From Anthoceros angustus (lineage: Eukaryota; Plantae; Anthocerotophyta), in contig MU008164.1 of NCBI GenBank assembly GCA_010909165.1, positions 1,860,001 through 1,924,000 on the forward strand: DNA of 64,000 nt, in the 5' to 3' direction. The position numbers and the translations under genes are program-made. Positions 1-12,900 of this stretch are shown here, piece after piece. Each line of letters begins with the position of its first letter. Position 1 is the first letter of the stretch. The notes under the pieces were generated by a model. It was given only the letters and a program-made list of their open reading frames with translations. It had not been told where the DNA came from and made no database searches.

Positions 1-139
1 AAAAGCTGCCGGATTCTACGGGATGCTTTTCTCCCAATATACTTTACATGCCCAGCTATCAGGGCCTTCCATATGCATGTCCCCACCTCTTTTGAGTCCA
101 AAGCGTGAATGACCTAGCGTGCATCTTCCACTCCGCCAC

Positions 140-690
140 ATTTGTCCTCCATGCCTGCCCTAGGCCTCTTGCAAGGCACTAGCATCCACTTGCAGGTCGT
201 CAGATTTTGCATAAATGCATGTTCACGATCCAGGCTAGCTGTTGCCGACCAGAATGTCACTTTGTAGCTGTCTTGTTTCCACAATTGGCAAGTGCAGCTG
301 CCTGCCATTCTTTAAGTTACGCACCAGTGGTTGCACAGGCCTTCAAAAAGACAAGCAAAAGTGACATGGACAATCAGGCCCCCCTGCCCTCTTGGCTGAG
401 TCCTCGCTCGGCTGTCCATACGCCAGAAACACAAGTGTCTCCCTTAAGCTTGTATGACATGGGCTCTTCCCAGTTCACAACCTCGCGTCCACTTCTCTTG
501 CAAGGGCTAGTATCCCCACAAGCTGATTCGGACCTCATCAGCGCTTCCTGATAGCAGGAATATTTCACCATGTTCCTGGATTGCACATAGAGGCTCCCTC
601 CACGTACGTGCACACCGTCTGCTCCTGTACACTTGGAGTCAATCCCTTCACGCTTTCCGTTGTTGGCATATGACATTGTGAGGGCCTAGC
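140..690 (-). pseudogene. Decayed PLS-class PPR gene fragment
   Basis: Minus-strand frames give PPR-like pieces: ALTMSYANNGKREG (P motif) and, across frameshifts, HVTFACL-KAC-TTGA (L motif, ~300-370). These resemble motifs of the intact gene at 17919-20474. Many stops and frameshifts; boundaries approximate. Confidence 0.6.
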
Positions 691-693
691 TAG

Positions 694-941
694 TGAAAGA
701 GCGAAGACACGAACGATAGAACTTCGTAGCTTGACTCTTTCGATTAATTATCAACAATACAAAAATACGTTCTTATACGTTATTACAAAACGACGTACTG
801 AAAACCCTAAACGGATATAATAATGATATAGCCCAATATGCTCAGTACGAGCATGATAACGAGGGATTAGCGACTAAAGCGATGGCCGACATATTATCAC
901 AATTGAGTGTTGTAGGCGTAGACGGCGGACGCTTAATATCA
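694..941 (-). repeat. 3' LTR of copia A
   Basis: Matches 13583-13698. It ends TG/CA at about 941, near the purine tract GAGGCTGAGTGGGAG (rc of 956-970). The right boundary is approximate. Confidence 0.7.
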
Positions 942-2408
942 CTCAAATGTGAGCGCTCCCACTCAGCCTCTTTACCGGCTTCGGTAAGAGCATCCACAAA
1001 ACCAGTGAGGTTGAAGTGATTTCGACCAGTGGAGGTATAGCAAATGCCATATGTGGAGGTATAGCAAATGCCATATGTGGAGGTACCATGTCGCGCGCTG
1101 ATCCGAATCGGGAGTGTGTGGGCTATGTCCGGGAGTGAGGGCGGCGCCGGTGCTGTCCAATGTCGGAACCATCAGCCTGCGGCTCCTCCTGAGCATCAGC
1201 GGGAGCAGAGGCAGGGGAATGCAAGCCGAGATTGTGGTGCGTCGGATCACGGCTGTGATCAATAAAAGCGGGTTGAAAGCCACTGGAGACGCCGGGAATA
1301 GGGTAGTTGAATCCCTCATCTGGAGCAGGATCGTCGTCAGGAAATGTGTGAGAATCAAAACTACTGGTGTCTTGGATGTCGTATGAATCCCAAGATGAGG
1401 CATTTGTAGGTTGGTGACTGGACTCTCTACTTGCGGAAGAGGCTTCCACTGCTCAAGCTACCACTGGAGCTTCATTAAAGACAATGCTCCTGGCATAGGT
1501 AAGTTGGTGTGTAGAAGGCATGTAAAGCTTGTAGGCTTTCACCTACTCGCCATAGCCAACAAATATGTGTTTGGTGGCCCTGTCTGCTAGCTTAGGCCGG
1601 CCTTGAAGGGGAACAAGGTCCTAGGCGGTGCAAGCAAACACTCTGAGATGAGCTACCCCAGGTTTCCTCTTATACCATAACCCAAATGGTGTTGTCCCTA
1701 ACGGAATGGCTGATGTATGGATCCGATTCATTACATAGGTAGCTGTGACCACGCCTTGATGGGGCTTGAAGATGGGAGGCGAGGCGAGGAATGCAAGCCG
1801 AGATTGTGGTGCGTCGGATCACGGCATGATCAATAAAAGCGGGTTGAAAGCCACCGGAGCGGGAATAGGTAGTTGAATCCCTCATCCGGAGCAGGATCGT
1901 CGTCGAAATGTGTGAGAATCAAAACTCTGGTGTCTTGGATGTCGATGAATCCCAAGATGAGGCATTTGTAGGTTGGTGTTGGACTCTCTACTTGGAAGAG
2001 GCTTCCTTGCTCAAGCTACCACGGAGCTTCATTAAAGACAATGCTCACAGCATAGGTAAGTTGGTGTGTAGAAGGCATGTAAAGCTTGTAGGCTTTCACC
2101 TACCGCCATAGCCAACAAATATGTGTTTGGTGGCCACATGCTAACTTAGGCCGGCCTTGAAGGGAACAAGGTCCTAAGCGGTGCAAGCAAACACTACGAG
2201 ATGAGCTACCCTGGTTTCCTCTTATACCATAACCCAAATGGTGTTGTCCCTAACGGAATGGCTGATGTATGGATCCGATTCATTACATAGGTAGGCTGTG
2301 ACCACGCCTTGATGGGCTTGGAAGATGGGAGAGAGCATTGTCCTATTACCGCTTATGTCCCCAATCTTCTTCTTAGCAATCCGTTTCTTTGGGATGTATA
2401 AGGTATTG

Positions 2409-2654
2409 TGACAATTTATATGGATTATGTAGATTAATTACAACATTAAGTAATTACAGATTAATTGAGAATCAAGAAAAGAGTCTAAAGTGCTTATGCG
2501 AAAAGGCAACTTAAACTTAATCTAAACGATGTGACTATTCACGAAAAGTCGTAACCCTAACGAAAAGACATCTACCTAACTCAACATCATACTAAGGATT
2601 ATTTATCGTAATTATCCTTAGACCTATAGTCATGATATCAACATAATACCAATA
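2409..2654 (-). repeat. 3' LTR of copia B
   Basis: 246 bp, matches 11221-11466. Preceded by TSD TATTG and followed on the plus strand by the PPT complement CTCCCACTT. Confidence 0.9.
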
Positions 2655-4099
2655 CTCCCACTTGTTGAGTAGATCATGACCTAGACATTATCCGAATCGA
2701 AGACTTCAAGGTCTAATGGCTTTCCTTTCGTGTGGTATCGAATGCCCAAGTTAGGCGTGCCCTTGAGATATCTAAAGGCCCGCTTAAGGCTTGTCCGGTG
2801 CTCTTGACCGGATTTTCCAGAAGCTGCGATAATGCACTAGTTGTGAAGGCAATGTCCAACCTCGTTGTGTTGGACGCATAGATAAGCTTGCCTACCCCTT
2901 GCAGAAGGAATACCAACCATCCGATTCTTTTCTTCTTGTAGACGGTGACATACTCTTCGAGTTTACATCCTGCGAGCAAGGGTGTAGCGAAGGCTTGGCG
3001 TCCTTGAGACCGAGTTGTTCGCACTATCAAGCGATACCTTGGTTGAGTTAATGTCATAACTCGCTTGCCCTCCGTATGAGGATGCCGAGACAGCTTTGTA
3101 GAGGTCCAAGACTTGACATTTTAAATCTCCTTGCAAGCCTATCTGATCATTGTAATAAATGCTCGTGTTGCTTGACAGATCAAATCATCAACGTACACGG
3201 CCGTAACAAACTACATCGCCTTTCTTGTAAATATAAAGGCGCCGCCAAGCTTTTAATGAAACCTAAAGCTAGAAGTTCGTAATCCATCTGCGTTCCATTT
3301 CATTGTCGATTGCTTGAGACCATATGTGGAGGTACCATGTCGCGCTACCGGGGCGCTTTGATCCGGAGTAACGGGAGTGTGTGGGGAGTGTGTGGGGAGT
3401 GTGTGGGCGGGAGGCGTCTTGGTGCTGTCCAACATGTCGGAACCATCACCTGCGGCTCCTCCGAGCATCGCGGAGGCAGGGAATGCCGAGATTGTGGTGC
3501 GTCGGATCACGTGATCAATAAAAGCGGGTTGAAAGCCACCGAGACGCCGGAATAGGTAGTTGAATCCCTCATCCGGAGCGGATCGTCGTCGAAATGTGAG
3601 AATCAAAACTCGGTGTCTTGGATGTCGATGAATCCCAAGATGAGGCATTTGTAGGTTGGACTCTCTACTTGCGGAAGAGGCTTCCACGCTCAAGCTACCA
3701 CGGAGCTTCATTAAAGACAATGCTCACAGCATAGGTAAGTTGGTGTGTAGAAGGCATGTAAAGCTTGTAGGCTTTCACCTACTCGCCATAGCCAACAAAT
3801 ATGTGTTTGGTGGCCACATGCTAGCTTAGGCCGGCCTTGAAGGGAACAAGGTCCTAGGCGGCAAGCAAACACCGAGATGAGCTACCCAGGTTTCCTCTTA
3901 TACCATAACCCAAATGGTGTTGTCCCTAACGGAATGGCTGATGTATGGATCCGATTCATTACATAGGTAGCTGTGACCACAGCTTCTGCCCAGTAGGGCT
4001 TCGGAAGATGGGAGGCAGAGAGCATTGTCCTAGCTGCGCTGCTTATGTCCCCAATCTTCTTCTTAGCAATCCCGTTTTGCTGGGATGTATAAGGTATTG

Positions 4100-4345
4100 T
4101 GACAATTTATATGGATTATGTAGATTAATTACAACATTAAGTAATTACAGATTAATTGAGAATCAAGAAAAGAGTCTAAAGTGCTTATGCGAAAAGGCAA
4201 CTTAAACTTAATCTAAACGATGTGACTATTCACGAAAAGTCGTAACCCTAACGAAAAGACATCTACCTAACTCAACATCATACTAAGGATTATTTATCGT
4301 AATTATCCTTAGACCTATAGTCATGATATCAACATAATACCAATA
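4100..4345 (-). repeat. Duplicated 3' LTR of copia B (with its TATTG flank)
   Basis: Same 246-bp sequence with the same host flank, lying inside the tandem duplication 1071-3319 / 3320-5010. Confidence 0.85.
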
Positions 4346-6728
4346 CTCCCACTTGTTGAGTAGATCATGACCTAGACATTATCCGAATCGAAGACTTCAA
4401 GGTCTAATGGCTTTCCTTTCGTGTGGTATCGAATGCCCAAGTTAGGCGTGCCCTTGAGATATCTAAAGGCCCGCTTAAGGCTTGTCCGGTGCTCTTGACC
4501 GGATTTTCCAGAAGCTGCGATAATGCACTAGTTGTGAAGGCAATGTCCAACCTCGTTGTGTTGGACGCATAGATAAGCTTGCCTACCCCTTGCAGAAGGA
4601 ATACCAACCATCCGATTCTTTTCTTCTTGTAGACGGTGACATACTCTTCGAGTTTACATCCTGCGAGCAAGGGTGTAGCGAAGGCTTGGCGTCCTTGAGA
4701 CCGAGTTGTTCGCACTATCAAGCGATACCTTGGTTGAGTTAATGTCATAACTCCGCTTGCCCTCCGTATGAGGATGCCGAGACAGCTTTGTAGAGGTCCA
4801 AGACTTGACATTTTAAATCTCCTTGCAAGCCTATCTGATCATTGTAATAAATGCTCGTGTTGCTTGACAGATCAAATCATCAACGTACACGGCCGTAACA
4901 AACTACATCGCCTTTCTTGTAAATATAAAGGCGCCGCCAAGCTTTTAATGAAACCTAAAGCTAGAAGTTCGAATCCATCTGCGTTCCATTTCATTGTCGA
5001 TTGCTTGAGACCATATGTGCACTTAATTAGCCTCGCACATGGTCCTCTTTGCCCTTAACCTCATACCCGGAGGTTGTTGCATGTATATTTGTATCAAGCT
5101 TTCCGTAAGAAAGTCGCTTTACATCATACATCCGTAATTCATAATTGTGGTGTGTTGATATTGCGAGGATGATACGAAGTGTGGCTAGCTTCACTCGGGG
5201 CAAAGGTCTCAAGATAATCAAGTCCGTGGACTTGTGAGAAACCTCTTGCTACTAGCCTTGCTTTATACCTATCAAAGGTACCATCGCTTTAATTTTTAGT
5301 TTGAATACCCACTTACAGGACACCATTTTTCGCCAGAGGTAACTTTGCTATCTCCCATGTGCCGCTTTCTATCGATGAATCATACTGATCAGATAGCCTT
5401 CTCCCACTCCTTGTGGTCGTCTACTCAATGCTTCCACATAGGACCGTGGTTCTACGGGTCGAGAGAGGTGGTGCATGAGTCACATGAGCGGAGGAAGCTC
5501 GAAAATCGTGGCATGAATAATCGGAGGTCTCCTTTCACGAGTGGGATATCGGCGAAAGGGTTCGCGGCCGGTGGGGGTTCGAGTTCTTGAGTTCTTCAGA
5601 GTATCAACTTCTTCGCCAAAGATCAATCGGCTGATTATGATCAGCCTCAGCAGGATGGGTAATATCGGATCCCGCATTTGTGGTCGCTCGGGGCATAGCG
5701 GTGCGGAGGTTCATTGTCTAACTCGCCTCTACATGTTCCCCACCGCAGGGATGTGTCCGCAAGTGCGGAGCTCGAGTGCCATGATCGAAAGATCAAAATG
5801 AGAGCCTATGTTGTCCTCGGTGTCATCAAAATGTAGGATGTGTTTGTGCTCCCACCAAGCCCAAGTGCGGCCCTCATCAAAGGTAACACTTCGAGCATAA
5901 ACCACTGTGTTTGTGGGGACATCATACAATTTGTATGCTTTGATGCCCTCCGTATAACCAAGCATAAGAAGTTTCCTTGCCTTATCTGCAAGTTTCTTCC
6001 GCTTGTCTCTAGGTATGAAAGCATAAGCAAGGCAACCGAAAATCCTCAAATGCTGAAGAGATGGTTTCCTACCTGTGAATGCCTCATAGGGTGTCTGTCC
6101 AGCAACAGCGTTAGTAGGTAACCTGTTACGGAGGTAAGTGGAAGTCATAAGTGCTTCCGCCCAATATGGCAGGGGCAACTGAGCATCATGAAGCAAGGAG
6201 GAAATCATTTCCTGCAAGGTAAGGTTAAGACGCTCTGCCACTCCTTTCTGTTGGGGAGTGTAGACAACCGTAAGTTGTCGACCAATTCCCTCGTCTTTAC
6301 AGTAGGACTGGAATTCGTTAGAGGTATATTCACCACCATTGTCAGACCTAAGAGTTTTAAGTCGCTTCCAGTTGCCAAATTTGATGTACTCCTTGAAATA
6401 GGAGAAACATTCACTCTTGTTCTTCAATATGTATGAAGTGACAACTGCTTTTGTCATCGTGAATGTTAGGAAGTACTTGCCACCACCGATGGAATCGTGA
6501 CAAGGGTCCACAAATATCGGTGTGCACAAGTTCTAGGAGATCATTGGCTCGGTGAGGGCCTTATTCTTAAAGGCTTGGCGTCCTTGAGACCGAGTTGTTC
6601 GCACTATCAAGCGATACCTTGGTTGAGTTAATGTCATAACTCGCTTGCCCTCCGTATGAGGATACCGAGACAGCTTTGTAAAGGTCCGAGACTTGACATT
6701 TTGAATCTCCTTGCAAGCCTATCTGTGA

Positions 6729-9700
6729 TCATTGTAATAAATGCCTGGCTGTTGCTTGACAGATCAAGTCATCAACGTACACGGCCAGGTAACAAACTAC
6801 ATCGCCTTTCTTGTAGATATAAAGGCTGCCGTCTGCCAGGCTTTTAATGAAACCTAAAGCTAGAAGTTCAGAATCCAGCTCTGCGTTCCATTTCATTGCT
6901 GATTGCTTGAGACCATATAGGCACTTAATTAGCCTGCACACATGGTCCTCTTTGCCCTTAACCTCATACCCTGGAGGTTGTTGCATGTATATTTCTGTAT
7001 CAAGCTTTCCGTGTAAGAAAGCTGTCTTTACATCGTACATCTGTAATTCATAATTGTGGTGTGTTGATATTGCGAGGATGATACGAAGTGTGGCTAGCTT
7101 CACTACTGGGGCAAAGGTCTCAAGATAATCAAGTCCAGGGACTTGTGAGAAACCTCTTGCTACTAGCCTTGCTTTATACCTATCAAAGGTACCATCGACT
7201 TTAATTTTTAGTTTGAATACCCACTTACAGGACACCATTTTTAGAGGTAACTTTGCTATCTCCCATGTGCTTTCTATCGATGAATCATACTCGGATAGCC
7301 TTCTCCCACTCCTTGTGGTCGTCTACTCAATGCTTCCACATAGGACCGTGGTTCTACGGGGTCGAGAGAGGTGGCTGCATGAGCTGTCACATGAGCGGAG
7401 GAAGCTCGAAAATCAGGGGCACTGTAATAATCAGGAGGTCTCCTTTCACGAGTGGGATATCGGCGAAAGGGTTCTGGCAGCGGTGCTGGTCGGGGTTCAG
7501 GTTCTTCAGGTTCGTCAGGAGTATCAACTTCTTCGCCAGCATCAACTGGCTGATTATGATCAGCCTCAACAGGATGGGTAATATCAGGATCCTGCATTTG
7601 TGGCTGTTCAGGCATAGCAGGCGGAGGTTCATTGTCTAACTCTGCCTCTACATGTTCCCCACCTGCAGGGACAGTGTCCGCAAGTGCGGGAGCCTGAGTG
7701 CCATGATCAGAAAGATCAAAATGAGAGACAGCTATGTTGTCCTCAGTGTCATCAAAAGCTGTAGGATGTGTTTGTGCTCCCACCAAGCCCAAGTGCGGCC
7801 TCATCAAAGGTAACACTTGAGCATAAACCATGTTTGTGGGGACATCATACAGTTTGTATGCTTTGATGCCCTCTGTGTAACCAAGCATAAGAAGTTTCGT
7901 TGCCTTATCTGCAAGTTTCTTGCGCTTGTCTCTAGGTATGAAGGCATAAGCAGAGCAACCGAAAATCCTCAAGTGCTGAAGAGATGGTTTCCTACCTGTG
8001 AATGCCTCATAGGGTGTCTGTCCAGCAACAGCGTTAGTAGGTAACCTGTTACAACGTTAGTAGGTAACCTGTTACGGAGGTAAGTGGAAGTCATAAGTGC
8101 TTCCGCCCAATATGGCAGTGGCAAATGAGCATCATGAAGCAAGGAGGAAATCATTTCCTGCAAGGTAAGGTTAAGACGCTCTGCCACTCCATTCTGTTGG
8201 GGAGTGTAGACAACCGTAAGTTGTCGACCAATTCCCTCGTCTTTACAGTAGGACTGGAATTCGTTAGAGGTATATTCACCACCATTGTCAGACCTAAGAG
8301 TTTTAAGCTGCTTCCCAGTCCAGCGTTCTGCAAATTTTATGTACTCCTTCAAGTAGGAGAAACATTCACTCTTGTTCTTCAATATGTATGAAGTGACAAA
8401 TCTGCTTTTGTCATCTGTGAATGTTAGGAAGTACTTGCCACCACCGATGGAATCCTGTGACAAGGGTCCACAAATATCAGTGTGCACAAGCTCTAGGAGA
8501 TCATTGGCTCGGTGAGGGGCCTTATTCTTAAAGGCTGCTTGGTGCCTTTTCGAAAGCACACAAGCTTCACAAAGTGGGATAGCGGTCAAAGGGCCTATTT
8601 GTCCATCCTGGTAAAGGTCACTCACAGCCAACTTCTGAAGTTTTGCCACGTGAGGATGACCAAGGCGGGCATGCCACAACTTAGATTTTGCTATCTGTTG
8701 TGCAGATGCCTGCGAGACGTCCTGTGTCAGGTGAGACTCTACTACTCCACTATGCAAATGGAGACGAAACAGATCATGGTCAGAAGACCCATAGGCAAGT
8801 ACCTTTCTGTGGTCAAATGCATCTATGACTTGACAATCTGTTCTAGTAAATAGGATATGGCTATTATTTTTCTCGTGATTCGCTTTCTAACCGAAATGAG
8901 ATTGGGTCATGTCGCACGTAATAAACACATTGCGGTCGGTGACTCAAGAAACCGCAAGTCTATGTACTACCACCGGAGATACCAAAGACCTATCATCTCC
9001 AAGGTAAACATACGATCATTCAACGACCAGTATGTTGTAAATGAGTTTCACAAAGCGATATGAGCTTGCTCTGTATCTAAGTACCACTCGATGTGGGTTT
9101 TAAATGTGCTTTGGCAGACAAACATATAGGGAGCAAGAGTGGATTAGCAAACTCCCGTCCCAACATGTGGCGATGATGGAGTGTTCTGCTTTTTGACCAC
9201 AACGTGTGTCTCAGCACTCGATGATCCCTCCTTGCGAGGTACACCAGCCTGTTTCTTTCGACAATCACGTTCCCAATGTCCAGGTATTTTGCACCAATTG
9301 CAAGTACCTGATTTTTTATTCTTCTTGCTGGAAGGATTAGCTCCTTGCGAGCTACCTCCTCGAGATGAGCTACCACCACCACGGGAGGAGAATCTTCCAC
9401 CTCCTCGTCCCCGGTTTGATGTGTACAAGGCCTGTTGCTTGCCTGTACGTCTGTAGCTGCTCTTGCTAGCTTCCTCTTGAAGCATAGTGCTAACAAGCTC
9501 TGAGAATGACATCTCTGGCATCTCAATGCCTTGTTTCCTTGCTAACAGTGTAGCCTAGGCTTGTGCAGCAGTGTGTGATGTCACGAAATGTGACCAGGAC
9601 TCCGGAAGCGAGAGGAGAAGTCTCATGACCAGTTCTTCTTCTGTCATGATTATTTTAGAGGCACCTTCTAGTTTTGAAGCGAGGGTCCTGAAGGTACTGA

Positions 9701-10168
9701 TATGTCTCTCCACGGAATCTCCATCCTTCATTCAGTTCGAAAGTTGCGCATTCTGCCATTGTACTAACCTTATTGGAACTGCATAGAGATCGAGAGACGG
9801 GTCCAAATCTCGGCCGAAGTTTTTGCCCCACCAGTCTGCCTCAACATGTCAGATGTTAGGCCACTGCGTATAAGGTATTTGGCTGCGCTATCTTTAGCTA
9901 ACCATTCTTCGCTAGACTTACCCTCTCCAGGATACTCTATCTTTCCGGTTGCATGTTTCAGCAGGTTCCTAACTTCGAGAATACCCTCAATCCGGATTAC
10001 CCAAATATCATAGTCAGTACCATTAAACCTATCCTTCTCTTTGAAGGAATCATTAGCAATGCCAGAGGATGATGAAGTGTCACCCATCCTAGGTTTGTGT
10101 GTTGACTCTAAATCAAACTCGTCTTCCAAAGTTTCTGTTGTCTCCTGATCACTATCTGCTGCGTCCAT
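6729..10168 (-). pseudogene. Frameshifted copia gag-pol of element B (gag, zf-CCHC, PR, INT, RT)
   Basis: ORF fragments: 9770-10168 (gag N-terminus), 9144-9521 (CCHC knuckle), 7969-8757 (LWHARLGHP, rve), 7274-7972 (INT C-terminus and linker), 6729-7238 (RVT_2 core with YVDD). Duplicated copies occur at 2700-3300, 4390-5340 and 5340-6560. Confidence 0.9.
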
Positions 10169-11220
10169 AGGACTAACTTACGATGGGTGTTGGTTGTGTG
10201 CTGCAGGTTTGATCCCAAGCAGCCCTACATGCAATTCTAGAGCTCCTCATCTCAAACTTATTGTATGCGTAAGTTGAGCATGAAGGACAAGAATTAGGTG
10301 AGTCAAACTTCCTCTCGTGATTAGTTTTGCTCACGTGCTTACAGCTATGCTCGAATCTTTGGATTACTAAGCAATTCAGGTTTCAATAGCATCACAAGCT
10401 TGTAATCTATATCAACAAGCTGTTCCTTCAAGTCCTGGAGATCAACAGTGGCTGTGGAAATATGGCCAGTAATTTGATTGCATCTCGTTTCAACATTCTG
10501 TTATTAGCCTCAAGACGCTGAACAAGTGTGTTTACACTGATTTGTGATGCAGCGCCGATTGTGAGGAAGCCGTCGGTGGTCATTTCCATCAAGTGGTTGT
10601 ACCAGAGCGCTTCAGGTTGTTGCTGTCTTGGAGGAAGTGTGAATGTAAGATCAAGCTCCTGTGGGAATAGCAATTCAACAATTGTGTTGAATGCTTCCTT
10701 TAGCTCTTCAGTCTGCTGCTGTTGAGTCCTGTGCCTGTGGCTCCATTCCTGGACGCACATGTAATTGGTTGGCTAGTGTTAGCCTATCTAGGACTCTATA
10801 TCTATTACGCCTAGGAAGCTGATTGTAGGCGATCCCAGCCCCACAGCTCTGGGATATTTGCCATGGCTTCAAGCCAGTGCTGATATTTTCTAGGATGCAG
10901 AACTTCTGCATTTTAGAAATTCTTTATAAACTATATGCAAATCGCTTATTAGGCGTTGTTCTAGTGCATTTTCATGGAATTGTCTAAATTGGCAATTTCA
11001 ATGAAGATGCATTAGAAAACTGTCGACATCAGAAATTTGCATATTTTATTCCTAAAAGAAAACATCACAAACTATTTTCTTGAAAATCTTCTTGTTTCTT
11101 TCTTTGACTTCATTTTCAAAACAAGAAATAAGAAGACAAATTCATGCACATCTTCTAGTGCAGAATTTTTCATGTGCATCTATTTAGATGCTTTCTACAT
11201 AGTATCTTGCTCTGATACCA

Positions 11221-11466
11221 TGACAATTTATATGGATTATGTAGATTAATTACAACATTAAGTAATTACAGATTAATTGAGAATCAAGAAAAGAGTCTAA
11301 AGTGCTTATGCGAAAAGGCAACTTAAACTTAATCTAAACGATGTGACTATTCACGAAAAGTCGTAACCCTAACGAAAAGACATCTACCTAACTCAACATC
11401 ATACTAAGGATTATTTATCGTAATTATCCTTAGACCTATAGTCATGATATCAACATAATACCAATA
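11221..11466 (-). repeat. 5' LTR of copia B
   Basis: Directly abuts the PBS at 11209-11220 and is followed by TSD TATTG. Confidence 0.9.
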
Positions 11467-12900
11467 TATTGTATACTGCCGCAAGATTCCATGTGCCTTA
11501 CACCAATCTTGAAAAACATTGGAGCTAAACTCACCTCCGTTATCTGTCCGCAGACAGCGAACCTTGGAGCAAGTCTGAGATTCAGCCATCACTTTAAAGT
11601 CTTGGAAGGTGCTGAAAGCATCACTTTTCTTCTTCAGCGGACAAATATGTGTAAATCTACTGTAATCATCAACGACCGCAAGGTAATACTTTGCTCCCCC
11701 TAAGGAAGGCTGATTGAGTGGACCACAGATGTCCGCATGTACCAATTCAAGCAAAGTAGTTGCTCGAATTGCACTTGTGTTAGTAAAAGGCAGCTGCTTA
11801 TGCTTGCCCACCACACAGGATTCACACATAGGCATGTGTTTGGGTAGTTTGGGTAATTCTTCTCGGGCCCTGTAATAATCTCCTTGTGAGAGTCGTAGGA
11901 GCTTAGGCAAGTTAGGATGTCCAAGTCTCATGTGCCACAAGAGTGTCTTGTTAGAAACATTTGCAGGCATATGTGCTACATCACATGTAGCAGATCTTCC
12001 ACTTGAGGAAGATATAGGTGTGAGTTGAAGGACGTACAGCTCATCTTGAGCTCTTCCAATGGCTATGCACTGTTCTGGGGCCTTACCCTCAAACAGTCGA
12101 CATCCATCATTGGTAAAGAGAAATGATATATTACATCTAGTAGTGAGAGCACGAACAGAGAGAAGGTTCTTGGACATAGAAGGTACATAGAGCACATTAT
12201 CGAGAAATAAGCTCCATTCCTAGCAAAGTAGTTAGTTGTATACTACCTTTCCCTTCAATAGCAACAGATCAGTCGTCTGCGACAATCACCACCTGTCCAG
12301 AGTAGACTGGCACAAAAGTGGTGAATAAATCTCTATTGTTGCAGATATTAGCGGACGCACCTGAATCAAGTACCAAAGGGATGTCGAGTCTCTCGATGTA
12401 GAGAAACACACAGTCATCACAGAAGGGATCGTGCGTGTGGGGCTCTCAGCTACAAGGTATGATTCAGAGGGCCGGGATTTTCTAGGCTCCCTTGCCTTTT
12501 TCTTAAGGCAATCTTTCTCCCAATGGCCTTTGATCTTGCATTTAACCTCCTCATTGCTTCCTCCTGCAGCATAGCTCCAGCTATTTCAGCCACTGTTATG
12601 GATAGTGTTTGACCTGCAGCTGTTGCCGCTGAAGTTGAAAGAAGGGGGCCATTGTGCTGCGACACAAAACCTTGCCAGCTAGGTGGTAGGCTAGAGAGTA
12701 GTTGGGCAGCGGCATCCAATTCAGACATGGTGGAGTTAAGAAGAGCAAGCAGGGATCTCGAGTGTCTAAACTTGCCCAGGTAAGCCTTCATATCTAGAGT
12801 TGCTTTCATCCTGATAGCCCAAATATTGTACTTGGTGCCATTGAAACGGTCACGTTCTCTGAGGGAGATGTTCCTGACATCTTCTTGTCTTTATAGGTAG
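11467..12900 (-). pseudogene. gag-PR-integrase of copia A, cut by insertion of B
   Basis: Gag motifs NGTKYNIW (rc ~12820-12845) and LLSSLPPSW, protease LVLDSGAS (rc ~12360-12375), then LWHMRLGH and the rve core up to RQYT at the TSD. Confidence 0.85.

Larger units (their letters stand above)
2409..11466 (-). mobile_element. Ty1/copia LTR retrotransposon B (young, nested in the integrase of A; RNase H missing)
   Basis: 246-bp LTRs at 2409-2654 and 11221-11466, with an extra copy at 4100-4345, identical by eye. 5-bp TSD TATTG at 2404-2408 and 11467-11471. PBS at 11209-11220. PPT AAGTGGGAG adjoins the 3' LTR. Gag (FNGTDYDIW), zinc knuckle CNWCKIPGHWERDC, protease (EWYLD), rve and RT (CKWVFKLK...[10 protein letters not shown]...YVDD) occur in copia order. 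Confidence 0.93.
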
